From: Nageia nagi
Lineage: Eukaryota > Plantae > Pinophyta
NCBI GenBank assembly: GCA_050084985.1
Contig: JBITNC010000001.1
Span: 70,308,001-70,372,000 of the forward strand
DNA: 64,000 nucleotides
Direction of reading: 5' to 3'
Positions 1 to 15,700 of this stretch are shown here, piece by piece (position 1 is the stretch's first letter; each line of letters opens with the position of its first letter). The notes beneath the pieces are model-generated. The model searched no databases and was not told the origin of the DNA. It saw nothing but the letters and a program-made list of their open reading frames with translations. A program made the translations under genes and the position numbers.

Positions 1-2560
1 AAGTATTCCTATTTTTAACCAAGGGATAAATTCTCCTACAAGTGGATGAGGGCTACAAAAAATTGCACTTATTTTTATTCCCTAAATACTAAAAGGTATT
101 TAAAAATACTTTTAAGTATTTATATGAATTAATCTAAATGAGAAATATTTTAGATACCTAATAATGCATTACAAATTCTAACATATTTTAGAGGTATTAA
201 TATGAAAATACTTTCCAAAATTTCCTTATGAGCCTATTTGGAAAGATTTGGTCTACAATGCATAAAGTATAAAAATAATCATTAGCTATTTTTTGCATAC
301 CTAGAGTAGTAGTTTCTTTGAAGCCTTCTACATTGGTAAGATAACTAACCAATCATAATATCTTTGTGTTATAGTTTATTAGTAGAAGAAATTTGTAATC
401 TTATGTCCTTATTTGAGCCAAGTTATTATGGATATTTTCCTCAAATATATCTTTTCTTTCTTATCAATATCCTCCTCTTGCAACAAGGTACTTTCTTGAA
501 GAAGTAAATGTTATAGAATTAGTTTTATGTGTATCTTTTTTTCTATTTTGTATATTCTCCCTTTCAATTTTACTATTTGTTATTGAAAATATAATAGTTG
601 AGATTTACTCCAACTTTTCATCTTGCCTTTTATATATTTCAACCTAGATTGTAATTGGTTTTGTTCTGTTCCATACTTTGGTCTACCTTATTGCCACCAT
701 TATTGTATCAATTATGGTAACTCAAATCTAAAGGGGTGGTTCTTAGGTTGGTGTGTTATGAGGGTGACATGGATGCTTACCAAAAAGTGGTTTGAAGATA
801 AGGGATTTAGGACCTCTTAGTGATAACTCCAAATATGTTGAATTATTTCCTCTACCAACATTATGTTTAGTTTTGATTTTATTGTTTGATATCCTTTCTT
901 TTTATTAATCCATGTAATACCACATCCTAGAAGTGGAATACCAATCAAGTTCAAATTTGTATCATGGACAATCATAACCTTGTCCTTCTCACTTAATTAA
1001 GATAGACCTCCCTCTTGGTCATCCATTGACATCTTGGCATTACAATCTCTACCTACTACTAATAAATCTCTTAGGTATGCTTCTATTATAACTTGAATTG
1101 TATTCCATTGATTTTTTTGTTCCTGCACTACTTCCATCCCATATACATTTACTATTAACCAAATTGTGTTTGATTCCTAATCTCTTAACTAGATCATTAA
1201 GATTTATCTACCAGAAGTTGATCTAACCTATTGAAGGTATCTATATTCCACATTGTAGTCAATTCTCTTGAAATATACTAAGCAACTTGGGTTTCAAAAT
1301 TTACTTATCTCCAACACCTTTTTGAAATGGTTTGCGTTGCTACAAGAGATGTTCTAGTTTCCTATAGTAACACCACTTCTAGGTGGCTATCTTCTATTTT
1401 TTAACAACCATTTAATCCCCTTCATTCCATGTAGTAATAATAATTTGGAATACATATTATAAAATTTGGCTATGGATTTTACCAAGCCTAATTCCCTTAA
1501 ATACTCTCCCTATTGCTGTATTTTCTCCCTATTTATCCTCTTATAGACCCCTTGGAAGTTTTTATTTTCCTTATTGATAGTATATTATTAGTGCTCTGTT
1601 GAATAGATTTTCCATCCTTTCCTCCCTTCCCTTATTTTATCTTTGTTGTTCAATTGTTACTGTAGTTTGAAAAAGATGATTCTCTCCTTATTTAGGCTCT
1701 TCACCATTTTCTATCAGATTTGAGTTTGGTACTTCTTCTCTTTCCATTGGATCATTAAAACTTAAGATCATATATTTGTTAGATGATCTTCTCCATTATT
1801 GGCATTGACTTGTGTTGGATCCCTTCTATTAGTATCTCTCTCTTATGTGGGTAGTATTTCTTGTTCCTCTTCTCATAACAATTTGAAATCCTTGTTCACT
1901 CTCTTTATGTGAAAGTTGGGATCTTGAGTTTGGATTTGTTTGATTTATCTCTTCTTTACCCACTTTAGGGAAATATATGGCTAAAGGTGCATATTCATGA
2001 CAATCTTTGCATCTAAAATGGATTGATTCATAATATATTTGTTGCTTTGATATGTTTCCTCTTACTTTGAGATCAATATTTTCTAGTAGAGGTTTACTTA
2101 AATCCATTTTCATACAAATTATGGTATAAGTACCTAAATATCCCTTTGTTGATTCTCTTGATTCACTAATGTAGTACTTATAAAGTTGCCTATCATTTGC
2201 ATAATCTCCTCTCTCCAGTATTCCAAGGGAAGTGCAAGTAATTTTAGCCAAATTGGGGATCTCAAGGTTTTGACTCTAGGATTGAAATTTGGTCTTCAAG
2301 GTTGTATAAGTAATCATGACTACCAATGTTATACGGTCCTCCCTCAAAGACCTTATCCTTATTAGAAACTAGTATAAATTTTGCCATAAAATATCTAGTT
2401 CCCCTTGTGGTTCCTAGTGTTTTTTGACCCATTAATACAAGAATCTACATGACAATCAAATCCCCACAATATTATATAAAGGCATATGCAAATTTGTATA
2501 CAATATCATCTACTATGAGTTCTTTTGGTATATTCAATACTAGAGTTATTTATTTATGTA
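1..2560 (-). mobile_element. Degenerate L1-type LINE (ORF1 DUF4283/zinc knuckle followed by APE endonuclease region)
   Basis: ORF 1829..2251 reads like plant LINE ORF1 (MDLSKPL...QQIYYESIHFRCKDCHEY knuckle). Near 1430 the minus strand gives ITTWN..GLN (endonuclease start) and near 650 a QSRL-like motif. Many stops; runs off the window. Confidence 0.75.
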
Positions 2561-2743
2561 GTAGATATCCATTATTTTTCACTCGCTCAACTTATGTCTC
2601 CTTAAAAAGTCATAGTTTGTAGAATCTTTTGAGTTTATTCCCCTATATCATTTCTTTTGCCATTAATGCCTTTGACTATCTCCATAAAAAATTACCCTAT
2701 TAACACCTAAAAGTGGTCCCACTTAGGTGTAACTTTACATACA

Positions 2744-3481
2744 TGTTTAATCATATTTTATCCTTATTATCATATATTTCTTAGGTTGTGTTCTTATTTT
2801 AATATTAGGTACATCGAGATGAATTTAAACAATATTCAAGGGTTCAAATGGTGATGTCACACCTAATATAAATGTAAGTATCTCTAACCTGGGGAAAGCA
2901 TGTCAAGATTACATCTTGATAGCCAATACCCTACTCTTGGATGTTTCTAAACACCGCCTCTTGATATTGGAATCTTATTATCACTTAAGTGAATATTTAT
3001 TATCCATCTTCATGATCATATGCTTGATTTAACTTATCATCCTATATGATTTCATTGATCCTTTTTGGTTATCCTTATTCTTTCAAAACATTAGCATCCA
3101 CACTGATGTCCATGCTCATGCTACGCTTTGGAGATTAATACTCATGTTGGTATTTCTTCTATAGTTGGCCTTAAGATTCACACAACAAGGTCACTACTCT
3201 TCGACAAGTTCATTTGTTATATCCTCAAATATGACACAAGTAAGGACACATAGGTATTTATCTTTCATTTGATTCCTTTCTCTTTAGCGCATGTAGTTTA
3301 TTTTACATATTGACATTAATGTAATTCATTATTCTATTACTACACTATTATACTTTTGTTATATTCCCTTATTCATGTATGTTTATTTGAGTTAATTAGC
3401 TTAAATAAATCATACTTAAATGTTTATGTGTATTTAGTTCATTTAGGATAAAACCTTAGGTGTATCAAAACACATATAACA
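2744..3481 (+). repeat. 5' LTR of the Tat-like Gypsy
   Basis: Colinear with 25910-26154 and 33873-34363; ends ...ATATAACA. Start approximate. Confidence 0.85.
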
Positions 3482-3589
3482 TATTGACACCCACCTTTTA
3501 TAACACTTTATTTCTCCTAATTAGGGTTAGAATATAAAGTGCTCTCGAACCAACCCACCTTGTTACATTAATAACCCTAGGGTTCTTGG

Positions 3590-6500
3590 TTGCATTTGAT
3601 CAAATATTTTATAAGTGTGACAGTAATGACAAACATAACTCCTAAAGTCTTGACCAAATTAATGGTAATGCTCGAGTTTCAAGATCTTATGGCAAAGGCA
3701 TCAACACCTATAGTCCAAGTCATCAATCATCTCAACGTAGATGCGCACATAAGCACAAACATTACCGTTAGTACCAACACTAAGATTCAAATGAATGTTG
3801 GCAATCGAACATCTAATTCAGGTACCTTCATAAACAAAGAATTCAGACAACTTGAGTCTTAGGTTGCACATATCGAGAATAAATTTGAAGTTCATGTAGA
3901 TTATATAAAGAAAAAGGGTAATATATTAAGCATGGAGATTCAAAATACACTCGTTGTTGGTACAAATAAGGATCTTGAATTTGAAAAGTTCAATGGTCAA
4001 ATAAATCTTATCACACATCTTCAGGGTTTTAAATACATTATAAAACTTAAATATGAGGTTAATGATCATATGAAAGCAAAATATTTTTTTGTAAGTTTAA
4101 CCGATGAAGCTTGCAAGGGGTTTCATAGCTTGGAACTAGGTTCTATATCATCATAGCAATAATTGAATGATCAATTCAAAGCTCACTTTAGTTGCAATGT
4201 AATGAAACCAATTGATTTGACAAACTTGATCCATTGCAAGCAAAACAAAATGAAGAGGTTGGAAACATTCATCCCTAGATTCATCAAGATTTGGAGGTCC
4301 ATTGAATAAAAGGTGGAAGATAGCTTCATTACAAAGGTATTATTTTAAAACATTAATCATGTTCTTGGTGAAAAAAGACTCAAGCATGTTAATGGTTCAT
4401 TTATGCATATGATGCATTTGCTTATTGAGAAAGAGGAATTCTTAGTAAAGTCTAATTTACTTAAGTACACATCCTCTTCTTCCAACAAAGATAATGGTAG
4501 AAAATTCTAAAAGAAAAAGGATGATACTTTAATTAATGTATTTGAACCATCTAACCAAGATAAATCCAAAGATTAAAAAAATCAACCAAAGAGTGATATC
4601 CAGTACCGATAAACCCTAATAAAATATTTTAGGAATGTTTAGAGAAAGGGTTAATCAAATGGATAGAAGGAAAAGAATATGGACCTTATGATGAAAAACC
4701 TAGTTAGTATAGAGATAACCAATTCAGCAAATATCATCAAATTAAAGGGCATAATACAACAAGTTGTTATGTTTTAAGGAATAAACTAAAACACTTGTTC
4801 GATAGTGGTACAATTTCATATGAAAATCATGTGTTCAAAGTTAAATCTCAAGACCTACTTTCTATCAATATGGTGAATATGATTGTCTATGATGATAATG
4901 GTGAACCTATTGAGTTTGATGATGAATTTAGTGCAAAAGTAGAGTCCAATGTAGGCTCAAATTTGGAGCAAACATGCAATGTAGCCATAAGATCAAAGAA
5001 AGGTATTCTTAACCTAGTTTCTACTATAAAAGAGGTACCTTATAAATATTATCACAAGGAAAAGAAGAAAGATAAATACAAAAAGAGTATTCTACAAAAT
5101 ATCAAAAATACAAATGCTAAAAGCAGTTTGCTTGAGTTCTTTGAAACACATGAAGAACATATAATGGCATTGTTTGAACTCCTTAGTGGTGTTGATGTTA
5201 ATACTCATATTTCTACTAGTTGTTTGGTAGGAATGATTGGTTGTTTCAAGAATGCTATAACATTTACTAAAGATGAGATTCCTAATGATGATATCATTTA
5301 TAAATATTTTCCAATCCATATATATGTAAAGTTAGTACATAAGATAGTCAAGCATGCATTTGTAGATGGTGGTGCAAGTTTGAATATTTGCTCTATTAAC
5401 TTCCTCAAGAAGTTTGGTGATAATTTGATACCTAAATTTGTGAGAAAGAAGTACAAGATCACATGTTATGATAGTGATAGCAAAGCTTGTGCTAGACATA
5501 TCATGTTGCCTATTTTATTGAGACCAAAGATAATGGAAGTTATGACCTATGTCCTAGACACAAAGCTTCCTTATGATATTCTCTTTTAGAGATCATGGAA
5601 ACATTCAATGTGATGCATACCATCTACATTACATAGATCAATTAAATTTAACAATAATGGATAGGAATATGTAGTTTAAGCAGTGGAAGAAAATCTAAAT
5701 AGGATTACACAAGTTAGGAATACCATAGTTCCATACAAAAATGTTAAAATCTATTAGGATAATAATGAAGATAGTGAGGAAGTTGAAGACAATGATACCA
5801 TGTAGTTGTACAAAGAAATAGGTGTTGACACATATGCCATTAGCTAGAAGGTAATTGAAGAGGATATAATAAATCTCAAAAAATATAAAAAATCAAAGGA
5901 TAATTAACATCAATGCTAGCACCAACGTCCACCCTCACCTCAGCACATGTGATGCCATCACTATTACAAATGCAGTCAAGATCAACTAGAATCAGAAGAG
6001 GATTATGTCAAGATAATATTATACAATACTAACACATTAGAGTTAGAATTAGAATAAAAAATGGATAACAAAAAGGTTACAACTTATGTCAAGATCAACA
6101 AGAAGATAAGGTAGATGAGATGTCATGCACCATTGATACCTCAATACATGGAATGTAGAAGGTACAAAGGTAAAGGTCTAAGTAAGAATGAACATGTAAT
6201 TGAAGAGTTACGTACAAAAATGTTTGAATCAAATAAAGGGAAAAGTGGTATAGGAAAAAAGAAGGCAAATTAAAGAAATTTAGTCTCATACAATAATGAT
6301 GAAGAGTTAGAACTAGAATCATAAGTACAATCAGTTAATATGGTTGAGTTAGCATCAAAAATTAAGGTAAAATATTAAAATAAGGTCAACACTCATGCTA
6401 GCTACAATGCCCATGATCACATCATCATTTGTGCTAACCTTAGCGATCACACTATGAAAATAGATAACGATTCCTCTTACCCCAAGCTTGATAAGATAAT

Positions 6501-9500
6501 TTCTAGGTCTACTACTATGTTCGAAATGGATGATGCACTTTTGCACATGCTAGGAGTAAGATTAAAGTTCAAACCATTCCATCCCAAGAGATAAGGTAAG
6601 GTTACTTATCATCCTAATGATTACTTTGGATAGAATATGGAGGACATAGCAGGTTCTTCCCTACTACACTATCCTACCTTCTTTCATTACATAAGAGTAG
6701 GCTAGGTAGCTAGGGGTATGTGTGTATGTGATATTATTTCTCTTATGAGGTAATAGGATTAGGGGCATTTCCTAACCTTTCTCAACCTGGTGATGAGATT
6801 CCATTCTTGAATGAGCCTCCTATTAAGATAAATATTAGTACACAAGAGGTGTCATGGATTGTTCATATTGGAACAAGAATCATCGAGAAAGATAAGAAAA
6901 CATACCAACAGTTCTTGACATGATTCAAGGACATGTTTTCTTGGGAATACAATGACATGACAAGGTTATATCTAACCTTTATGACTCACAATCTATTGGT
7001 ACAAGAAGATGTTAAACCTGTATAATAGAAAAGAAGACCAATGCACACAAAGTATTCTTTTTTAATCAATAAAGAAATTGACAAGTATCTTAAAGCAGGA
7101 TTCATTGAGCCCATTGATTAATCACCTTGGTTAGTTAATATTGTTCCAAATTTGAAACCAAATGGAGAAATCAAATATTGAAAAAAAATTAAATATTTAA
7201 ACAAGGCTTGTCCAAAGGATAATTTTCCTTTGCCACACATTGACATAATTATGGATTTTATAATAGGATATGAGTTATTATCTCTTAGGAATAGTTTCTC
7301 ACGATACAATAAGATTAGAATCAATAAAAAGGATCAACATAAGATAACATTTACCACACCTTGGGGAATATTGTGTTAGGTAGTTATACCCTTTGGCATT
7401 AAAAATGTAGAGGAAATATACCAAAGAGTAACGGTAACTATGTTTCATGAGCTCATTCATAAATTAGTTAAAGTTTATGTTGATGATATTCTTGATAAAT
7501 CAACCAAGAAGAAAAATCACTTAGAGAACTTAAGAGTTGTCTTTGAAAGGATCAGACAATTTAACTTGAAGTTAAATCCTAGTGGTAAGTGTATTTTTGG
7601 GGTATCTAGTGGTAAGTTACTTGGTTACATTATATCTAAAAGAGGCATAGAATATAACCTAAAAAGGTTAAATCTATAATGGATATGCCTCCACCAAAAA
7701 ATATTAGATAATTAATAAGTATTCAAGGAAAGTTACAAGTAGTTAAAAGGTTTGTGGCTCAGTTAGTGGATAGAATGACTCCATTCTCTTACTTAATCAA
7801 GAAGGGAAATCAGTTCATATGGACCAAGGAGTTTCAAAAGGCATTTGAATACATCAAGAGTTACTTGCTTCATCCTCCTATTTTGCAACCATTTGATTAA
7901 ACCAAACCTCTATACTTGTATATATCAACTACAACCAATGCTACTGAGATAGTCCTTGTATAACTTGATAATGAAAATAGGGAGAGGGTTGTGTACTATT
8001 TATCTGGAAGATACCACATAATGCAAAAATCAATTACACACCAATTGAGAAGTTATGTTATGCCATAGTTTACACAACACAAAAATTAAGGTACTACATG
8101 ATCACCAACACTACATTATGGCTCAAGTTAATCCATTCAGGTACTTGTTATAAAAACCTTAATTGCAAGGAAGATTAGCCAAATGGATAATAGACCTATA
8201 AGAGTCTGATTTTCTATACACACATCAAAAAGTAGCCAAGGGACAAGTTATAGTTGATATACTTGCAGCAACACTATATGATGATAACAATAACAAGAAT
8301 GACCATATGGCACTAGTTGAGTAGTGTGAGGATAAGATATGGACACTATTATTTGATGGCTACAAATGTTTGAAAGGGGCTAGTGCAGGAATTATGCTAG
8401 TATCTCATAAAGGTGGTATGATTCCTATGGCTTACAATTTAACTTTTGAGTGCACAAACAACATGGTTGAGTGTGAGGCTTTAGTATTGGGATTAAAGGC
8501 ACTAATCAACCTTGGAATCAATCATTTGAAAGTTTATGATGACTTATACCTTATCATCAACCAAGTTAATAATGTTTACAACACAAAGGATGAGAAATTA
8601 CAGTTATAGGACTTAGTAGCTATGATGGTTCAAAGATACTTCACACATATTTCATTTGAAAACATTAAGGAATAACAACAAATTTGTTGATGTTATGGCT
8701 AATGTTTCTTCATTAACACCTATTTTAGTTGAAGATGAGGAAATAATTATGAAAATCAATAGCCTTAGACATTATTATTTTCTAGATGATGATGAGGGTT
8801 CTTCAAGAATGAGCCACTCATATGCATTATCCTCCCATTACATAAATGGTATGTTAACATCTAAAACTACCTCAAGTAAGGAAAGATTTTGGATTCATGT
8901 CAATCCAAGTTCCTCAAAAGAAGGCTGAAACACATGGCTATAAGGTATGCCATTATTGATGATATTCTTTACAAAAGATCATTTGATCGTACTTTGCTTA
9001 AATGTCTAAATGAAACTAAAACAAATAAGGCTATGGAACAAGTACATGATAACATAAATGGAGGTAATTTTAATGGTAAATCCATCTATCATAAGCTTTT
9101 AAGACTAGGATATTCTTGGTCATCTATGGAAAAAGATTGCATTTTACATATTCAAAAATTTGAAAAGTGTCAAAAGCATGCTAACCTGAAATAAGCTCCA
9201 AGTGAATTAGCCATAATGATATCCCCTTAACCGTTTGCTATTTGAGCTTTGAATTTAATTGGAGTTATCAATCCCAAATCTAGTGAGGAACATAAATTCA
9301 TCCTAGTTGCCACATAATACTTCAAAAAATGGGCAAGGTTGTATCTTTGAGATCCTTTGAAGGGCCTCAAATTGTGAAATTCATGATTGAAAATATCATA
9401 GCAAGATTTGATGTTCCATCTCATGTCATCATGAATAATGGAAACAATTCAGAAATTCTATAAGAGTTTCAAAATTAGGTAAAGGTTCTTATCAACATAT

Positions 9501-9901
9501 TATCCATAAGGTAATGAACAAGAAGAAGCAACTAACAACAAAATTATCAACATTTTATGCAAGACAGTTAAGAAAACTCATAGAGATTGGCATTCACAAC
9601 TTATATATGCATTATAGGCATATAGAACAAGCATAAAAATAGTTATAGATTGCACTTCATTTTCATTGGTTTATAGATATGATGTAATCTTACTATTGGA
9701 GGTAGAAATACCACCATTAAGGGTGTCTCTAGAAGGCATCATCAATTGGAAAGAATAACAAAAAGCAAGATTAATGCAACTAGAAGGATTAGATGAAAAA
9801 CAAATTCATGCCTTAGAACATCTTAGAGCTTATTAGTGAAGAGCTATGAAATCATATGGCAAGAAGATTGTACCATGAGAGTTACAAGTGGGTGATAGAG
9901 T
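3590..9901 (+). pseudogene. Gypsy gag-pol remnant: gag, protease, RT, RNase H, additional aRH, integrase core
   Basis: FEKFNG gag; protease FVDGGASLNI (4795..5589); RT VYVDD (7440..7679); aRH WTLLFDG..GASAG..TNNMVECEAL (8340-8609); integrase zinc region (8889..9194). aRH between RH and INT is a Tat-clade trait. Confidence 0.9.
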
Positions 9902-11746
9902 TGTTGGAATGTATAATGCATTATTGTAAATGTTTTGTAATAATCTTCTTTTTAAATTCACTAATACTTAAGGGTATCATTAGATACCTGGATACCCTTA
10001 AGTATTTAAGTGAATATAATAATGTAACTTATCGTACACTCCATGTCATGAGCATGCCCCTTGGGTAAAAGGGAGTTCAATGTCATACCTTTATACATTG
10101 GTTAGAAGGGTGATCCAAAGGGGGATTTTGGACTGTAAATAAAAGGCCCCCTCTTTGTGATCACACCAATTTGTGAAGTAAAGTTATGCTCTAAGATAGT
10201 GTTTAGAAGATAAAATGAGAAAGATTGTAAGAGAGTTATCTTTGTGAATGAAGTAAGATCTAGTTAGTGGATATACTCCTAGTTGGAGGAACCACTTTAT
10301 CACTTGAGTCACTTTGTGAGATTTTCTTCTTGAGTTATCTTGATGTTAGTATGAGCTTTTATGAGATCTTGGTAATTTAAGAGTATTTTAGTTATATTGC
10401 AAATCCTTCATTTGGTATCAGAGCTTGGTGTGAAAGCTCTTCCTCAACATCTTGGAGGTCTTTATTCCTCATCCTATACTCCTTTGTTGAGGTAAAATCA
10501 AGAGAAGGTGTAAATTCCCTCCTTGATTATTTGTTGGATTATTAATTTATGATACTAACATATAAGTTACATATTAGGTCATTTTTTACAATTTTTAAAA
10601 ATAACAATATAAAGCAATTGTTGATTATACTAACATTTTTCTATGTTAGTTGCAATTCTTTGTTTGCAAAATTGCTTTATATATATTGCTATAATTTTTT
10701 TTAATATAGCAATGAATCTATATTTGTTTCAAAAAAATGAAAGTTGTAATTAAAAAAAAGAAGTAAGTTTTTTTTTGTGCAATTATGTACATCTGACCTT
10801 ATATTAAATAAGGGGGGAAGCTTTATACCATAACAATGTTCTATTGTTTAATCCAACAAATTTTATTATAGTGGATTTTTTTATTAAATTTTTTTTGGCA
10901 ACCTCCTTTCAATAATTTTTTTTATAAGGGCTGGGGTTGACCAACTACTAATCGACCAAACCCCAACCCTCTCTCCTCTTTAGTAGTAGCTTGAGATCCT
11001 TCAACTACTCAACCATTTCATGTGCCTTGTGTTGTGCCTAGCTCATAGCTTCCGACTCTTTCTTTTCATGCACTCCTCTCCTCCTTATGATCGTGTGAGC
11101 CCTTATCTCCCACTCTGCACCTTCTTCCAGCTACCACCAAACACTATGTTAAAATGCTCTCTATGCACGAGTTCTTCTTTACCCTTGATCAAGCTATGAT
11201 TAGTCAAGCATTATGTGGCTCACAACCTCTCTCTGCCACCATCTCCTATTACATTAACATTAGTGGTAAAGGTGAATTGATCTGATTGACCTACGCCTGG
11301 CCTAATCGTTGTTACCCTTTGGTGCCTTCTGAACTCACATGGGCACCTCTCATAAGGGCCTCTCCCTTGCCATAAGCTTGATCCCTCTCCTCTATGACTC
11401 CCATCTCCTTCGCGGCCTCTCCTCTGCTTGTTCACTTCTCCACTATGCACGACCCTCTCATTTTTTTGTTGTCCAACTCAACCTTCAACTTTCCCCCTCT
11501 ATGCGACCCCCTCTCTTCTTTGTTTTTTATTGCTTCATTCATTTTTTTTGCTTCCTCTCTACCCATCCCATTTAATTTCTTGGGTAGATAACCTTTTCTC
11601 CTTCCTTACAAGCAATATTTATTGCAAAGTCTTTTAATTTTTAAGTAAATATGACAAGGGAACAACTTTTACTTACATAGGTATTTTTTTAGAGAATTTT
11701 TTTCAATGCCTAGAAGTAATTTTTTTTTAATATTGATGATTATAGA

Positions 11747-12244
11747 TGAGAGAATTGAACTATATCATGAATAACTCTAAACTTCTAAGATAACATGAAA
11801 GCTCACAACACACATCTAACAAACTCACAAAGCAATCTCATAAAGATAACACAAGATGTTAGTGGTTCCTCTAACTAAGAGTACATCCACTAACTAAATT
11901 TCACTTCATTCATAAATATGAATCTCTTACAATTCTTCTAACTCATCTCTTAAACACTATCCTATAGCATAGCTTTACTCCATAAATTGGTATATGATCC
12001 AAAGAATGAGCCTTCTATTTATAGGCCAAAATCCCTCTTTTGATCACCTTTTTACCCAACGTACAAAGCATGACATGCACATCCTTTTACCCAAGGGGCA
12101 TGCTCATGACATGGAATGTAGAACAAGTAATATTATCATATTCACATAAATACTTAAGGTATCAAATGATACCCTTAAGTATTAGTGAACTTACATAGAA
12201 GATTATTACAAAACCTTTACAATAATGCATTATACATTTCAACA
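11747..12244 (-). mobile_element. Solo LTR related to the host Copia LTR, antisense
   Basis: Reverse complement begins TGTTGAAATGTATAATGCATTATTG, as at 9902; perfect TSD ATAGA. Confidence 0.9.
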
Positions 12245-12744
12245 ATAGATATTATGAATATTTTATTTAAACTAAGTATTTTTGAGAAAAATGTTTAAAT
12301 ACTTAGAAGTAATTTCTAAGCATGAAATTACTTAGTTCAAAGTATCATTTTTTTTCTAAAGTTAAATTAGCATGCTTATTCAAGTATTTTTTAAAGGGGA
12401 TTTTTTTTTGAAGTAAAAAAGGAAAATTTTTTTTATGATTCTTTACTTAATTTACTAGATCCTCATATTGCATAGTTTTTAAGTCTTTATTTAATCCTTA
12501 TGCAAATATGGACTTGGAAATGATGCATGCTAAGTATTTATATTTAATCCTTATACAAAGTTAATGAAATTATGCAAATTATGGAAATGATGCATGTTTA
12601 TTACTTAGAATCTTTTATAACTTTAAGTTTTTTTTTCTTATGCAAAGTTATAAATGAGCTTGTGCAATTTTTTTTATTTTTTTACTTATGCAAAGTATGG
12701 AATGGATTTGTGCAAAATAAAGAATGATGTAAATATGTATTTTA

Positions 12745-15700
12745 TGAAAGAATTGTAAGATTCCATATCCAAAATCAGCTTGAAGGATTTTAAACATCTT
12801 GAATATTAATACATTTATACTAAGAACACAACAACAAAATAATCACACAAAGTGAGATAAGATGTATAGTGGTTCCTCTATCTCTTGGGAGTACTCCACT
12901 TAAAGGTCTCCTTCTCATTTTCATTATGTCAAACAATATGTACACTCATGTATCACAACCAAATCTCTCTATAGCATCAAGCATAGCTTGCATGCTCTAA
13001 AACCTTCTTAACTAACATTACTCCTACTAATTTTTACATACTACTAACTTCATTACAATCTCATTTTTCATTATTTCTTCATAGCATGAGCTCCTTTTAT
13101 GGGCTCATAACTAACCTTAGGTAGTTAACTAACCTAACCATAAATGGTTAGTTAACCCTAGGTTAGTAATATAAAAATACATTCTCAATATTCAAATGTT
13201 GAGTGGAGAACATTATTCCACCCATTAGATAATATTTTATGTTGAATGGATAACACTATTCCATCCACTATGCATGAACCTCATTATCACGTAAGAAGCA
13301 ACATTAGGTGAATATTAATATATTTAAGCATATTAATTAACACAATACCTTAAATAAAATTATTAGTTCTAACATTCCCTCTTAATGTTATTTTGGTAAT
13401 GAAAAAAAATGATTTTTACAATAATACTAAAGAGGTTTTACTCATGTAGCTAAGTGTACATATAGCCAAACAAAGCTTACAATCTTTATTGCCAAATAAG
13501 GCTTACAATCTTTGAGAGAAGAGATAGGAGACCTTCTGAGACTTTATACAAAGGAGAGATGGTTGTAGATCCATATGCTGATGACCAAAAAATCTCAAAG
13601 CTGCTAACATAAAAAATGTTAGAAAACATCATATATGGATAAAATCAAAGATGGCATTTATCATTAACTATGATATCATCATATATATACTAACAAATCA
13701 TGATATATCATATTATATGTGCACTAAAATAAATTATACCATCCATGAGCATGTATATCCATGATATATAAATATCAAAATGTGCATGCACTATCAACTA
13801 AGTGACACATAACTACACTATCAAATAAGGATATATGAAATATTCATAAGGATATACAAGTGCATCAATGAAAATATGCACAACATGATCATCAATTATC
13901 ATAAAAAATTTTAATTAAATTTTTTTTTCATTTTTGACTTGTCCTTATTTATTTTAGATCATGATTTGTGTTTATTTTTGGAAGGTGTCATCATATCACC
14001 ACATGTTTTCTCCTTCGTAATGATAACTTCATCAAACAAATACTAAAGTGACCATGTTACCAATACCATGTCACAAAATAACAAATGCCAACTTGACCAA
14101 ACACCAAGTCAAGATTTAAGGCATAACCATTTGATCAAGTCAAGCTAAAAAATTCCAACTTGACCATCTCGTCAAGATGCACAAGCCACAAAAGGTCAAC
14201 TTAACCACCACATCAAGATGCACAAGCCATAAAAGGCCAACTTGACCACTATGTTAAGATACATAAGCCACAAAAGGCCAACTTGACCATCACGTTAAGA
14301 TGCACAAGCCATAAAAGGCCAACTTGACTACCACATCAAAATGCATAAGCCACAAAAGGATAACTTGATTATGCTACTTGTCAAGATGCATATGATGAAA
14401 TTTGGTAGCATTTATCCAATAACATGGATTCAAATTCTAACAAATTACAATTTTAGAGAAGAACAAACCTTTTTAACTACTCCACCCACTACAACTTGCT
14501 TAACAAATAGCAATGTGGCATAATCCATCAATATGAAAATAAACAAAGTGGCATCTATCTATAAACATGCGATCATCTGTCCTTTGTACCTATCACCTGC
14601 ACACATAAACAACACCTCGACAGTACAAAGTAATAATAATCACAATATTCATATGCATATGGCTCATAAAAAAATGTCAAACATCATAATATCTTTATAC
14701 ACCACATAAGAGAATCCATAGTGAGGATTCAAGTTGTGATATCAATCCATAAACATGGATAAAATTTTCAAATATGAAAGTAAACAATGTGGCATCAATC
14801 CATAAACATGAATAAACTTCCCAAACATGGAAGAAAATAATGTGGCATCAATCCATCATCATTATTCTAATTAATATCGATTAGCTATCCCAAATTACAA
14901 TCATTACAAGGAATACAACCAACTTTTAGCTAACCATAACATAACATAATAAGCTTTTAGCTTACCAGTGTAAGTAACAAGCTTTTATCTAATCAACATT
15001 TTTCAAGATCCAAAAATATTATGCAATATTTTGTATGCCATTCATGGTCTTTAAGAAGTCAATAGATACCTTCAAGGAGGTAATCTTAGTGAAATATATA
15101 ATCAATGCATTAAGAAATCACCAATGTGCAATAAGAAAATGCTCAAAAAATAAGGTATCATAACAATCACTCTTCCCCTTGAGAGAAACTAAGTTCTACA
15201 AATTTAACTTAGTTAAGTACAATGAAAAAGACATAACAATGGTGATCAAGATATGCATACCACTAAGGTTCATATTCCACATAATTAGGATCCAAATTTC
15301 AATATTTATAAGCAATAAACTACTATTAATACTTAACAAAGTATAAATCACCACTAAATATTTATAGTTAAACAAAGTATAAGTTTCAAGCAATATGTAA
15401 CATAATCATTTAATGCAGCTTCCCCATTGTTTTTATGTGTCAACAATATACAAACATAGTTATGACAACATAAAACAAAATGCATTAAATACTTAACAAA
15501 AAAAAATGTTGCAATGAATGTTTCACATAAGTAATGTCTAGAACAAAATGTGCCTTCACAAGTGTGTTAATTTCTTAAAAAATTGATCCAATATCAAATA
15601 TTGGGAGAAAATGATTTTACTGAAAAAATGGTAATAATTTCAAAAATTATTCAATATAAGTGTGGTATTAAAGAAATTATTTGGCAAATAATGTGCATAG

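Noticed and set aside
11220-11637. Cluster of short overlapping ORFs
   Set aside because: By-products of a pyrimidine-rich low-complexity stretch in the Copia leader.
14156-14392. CRISPR-like array of palindromic repeats
   Set aside because: Head-to-tail 41-bp units with no unique spacers, no cas genes, eukaryotic TE context.
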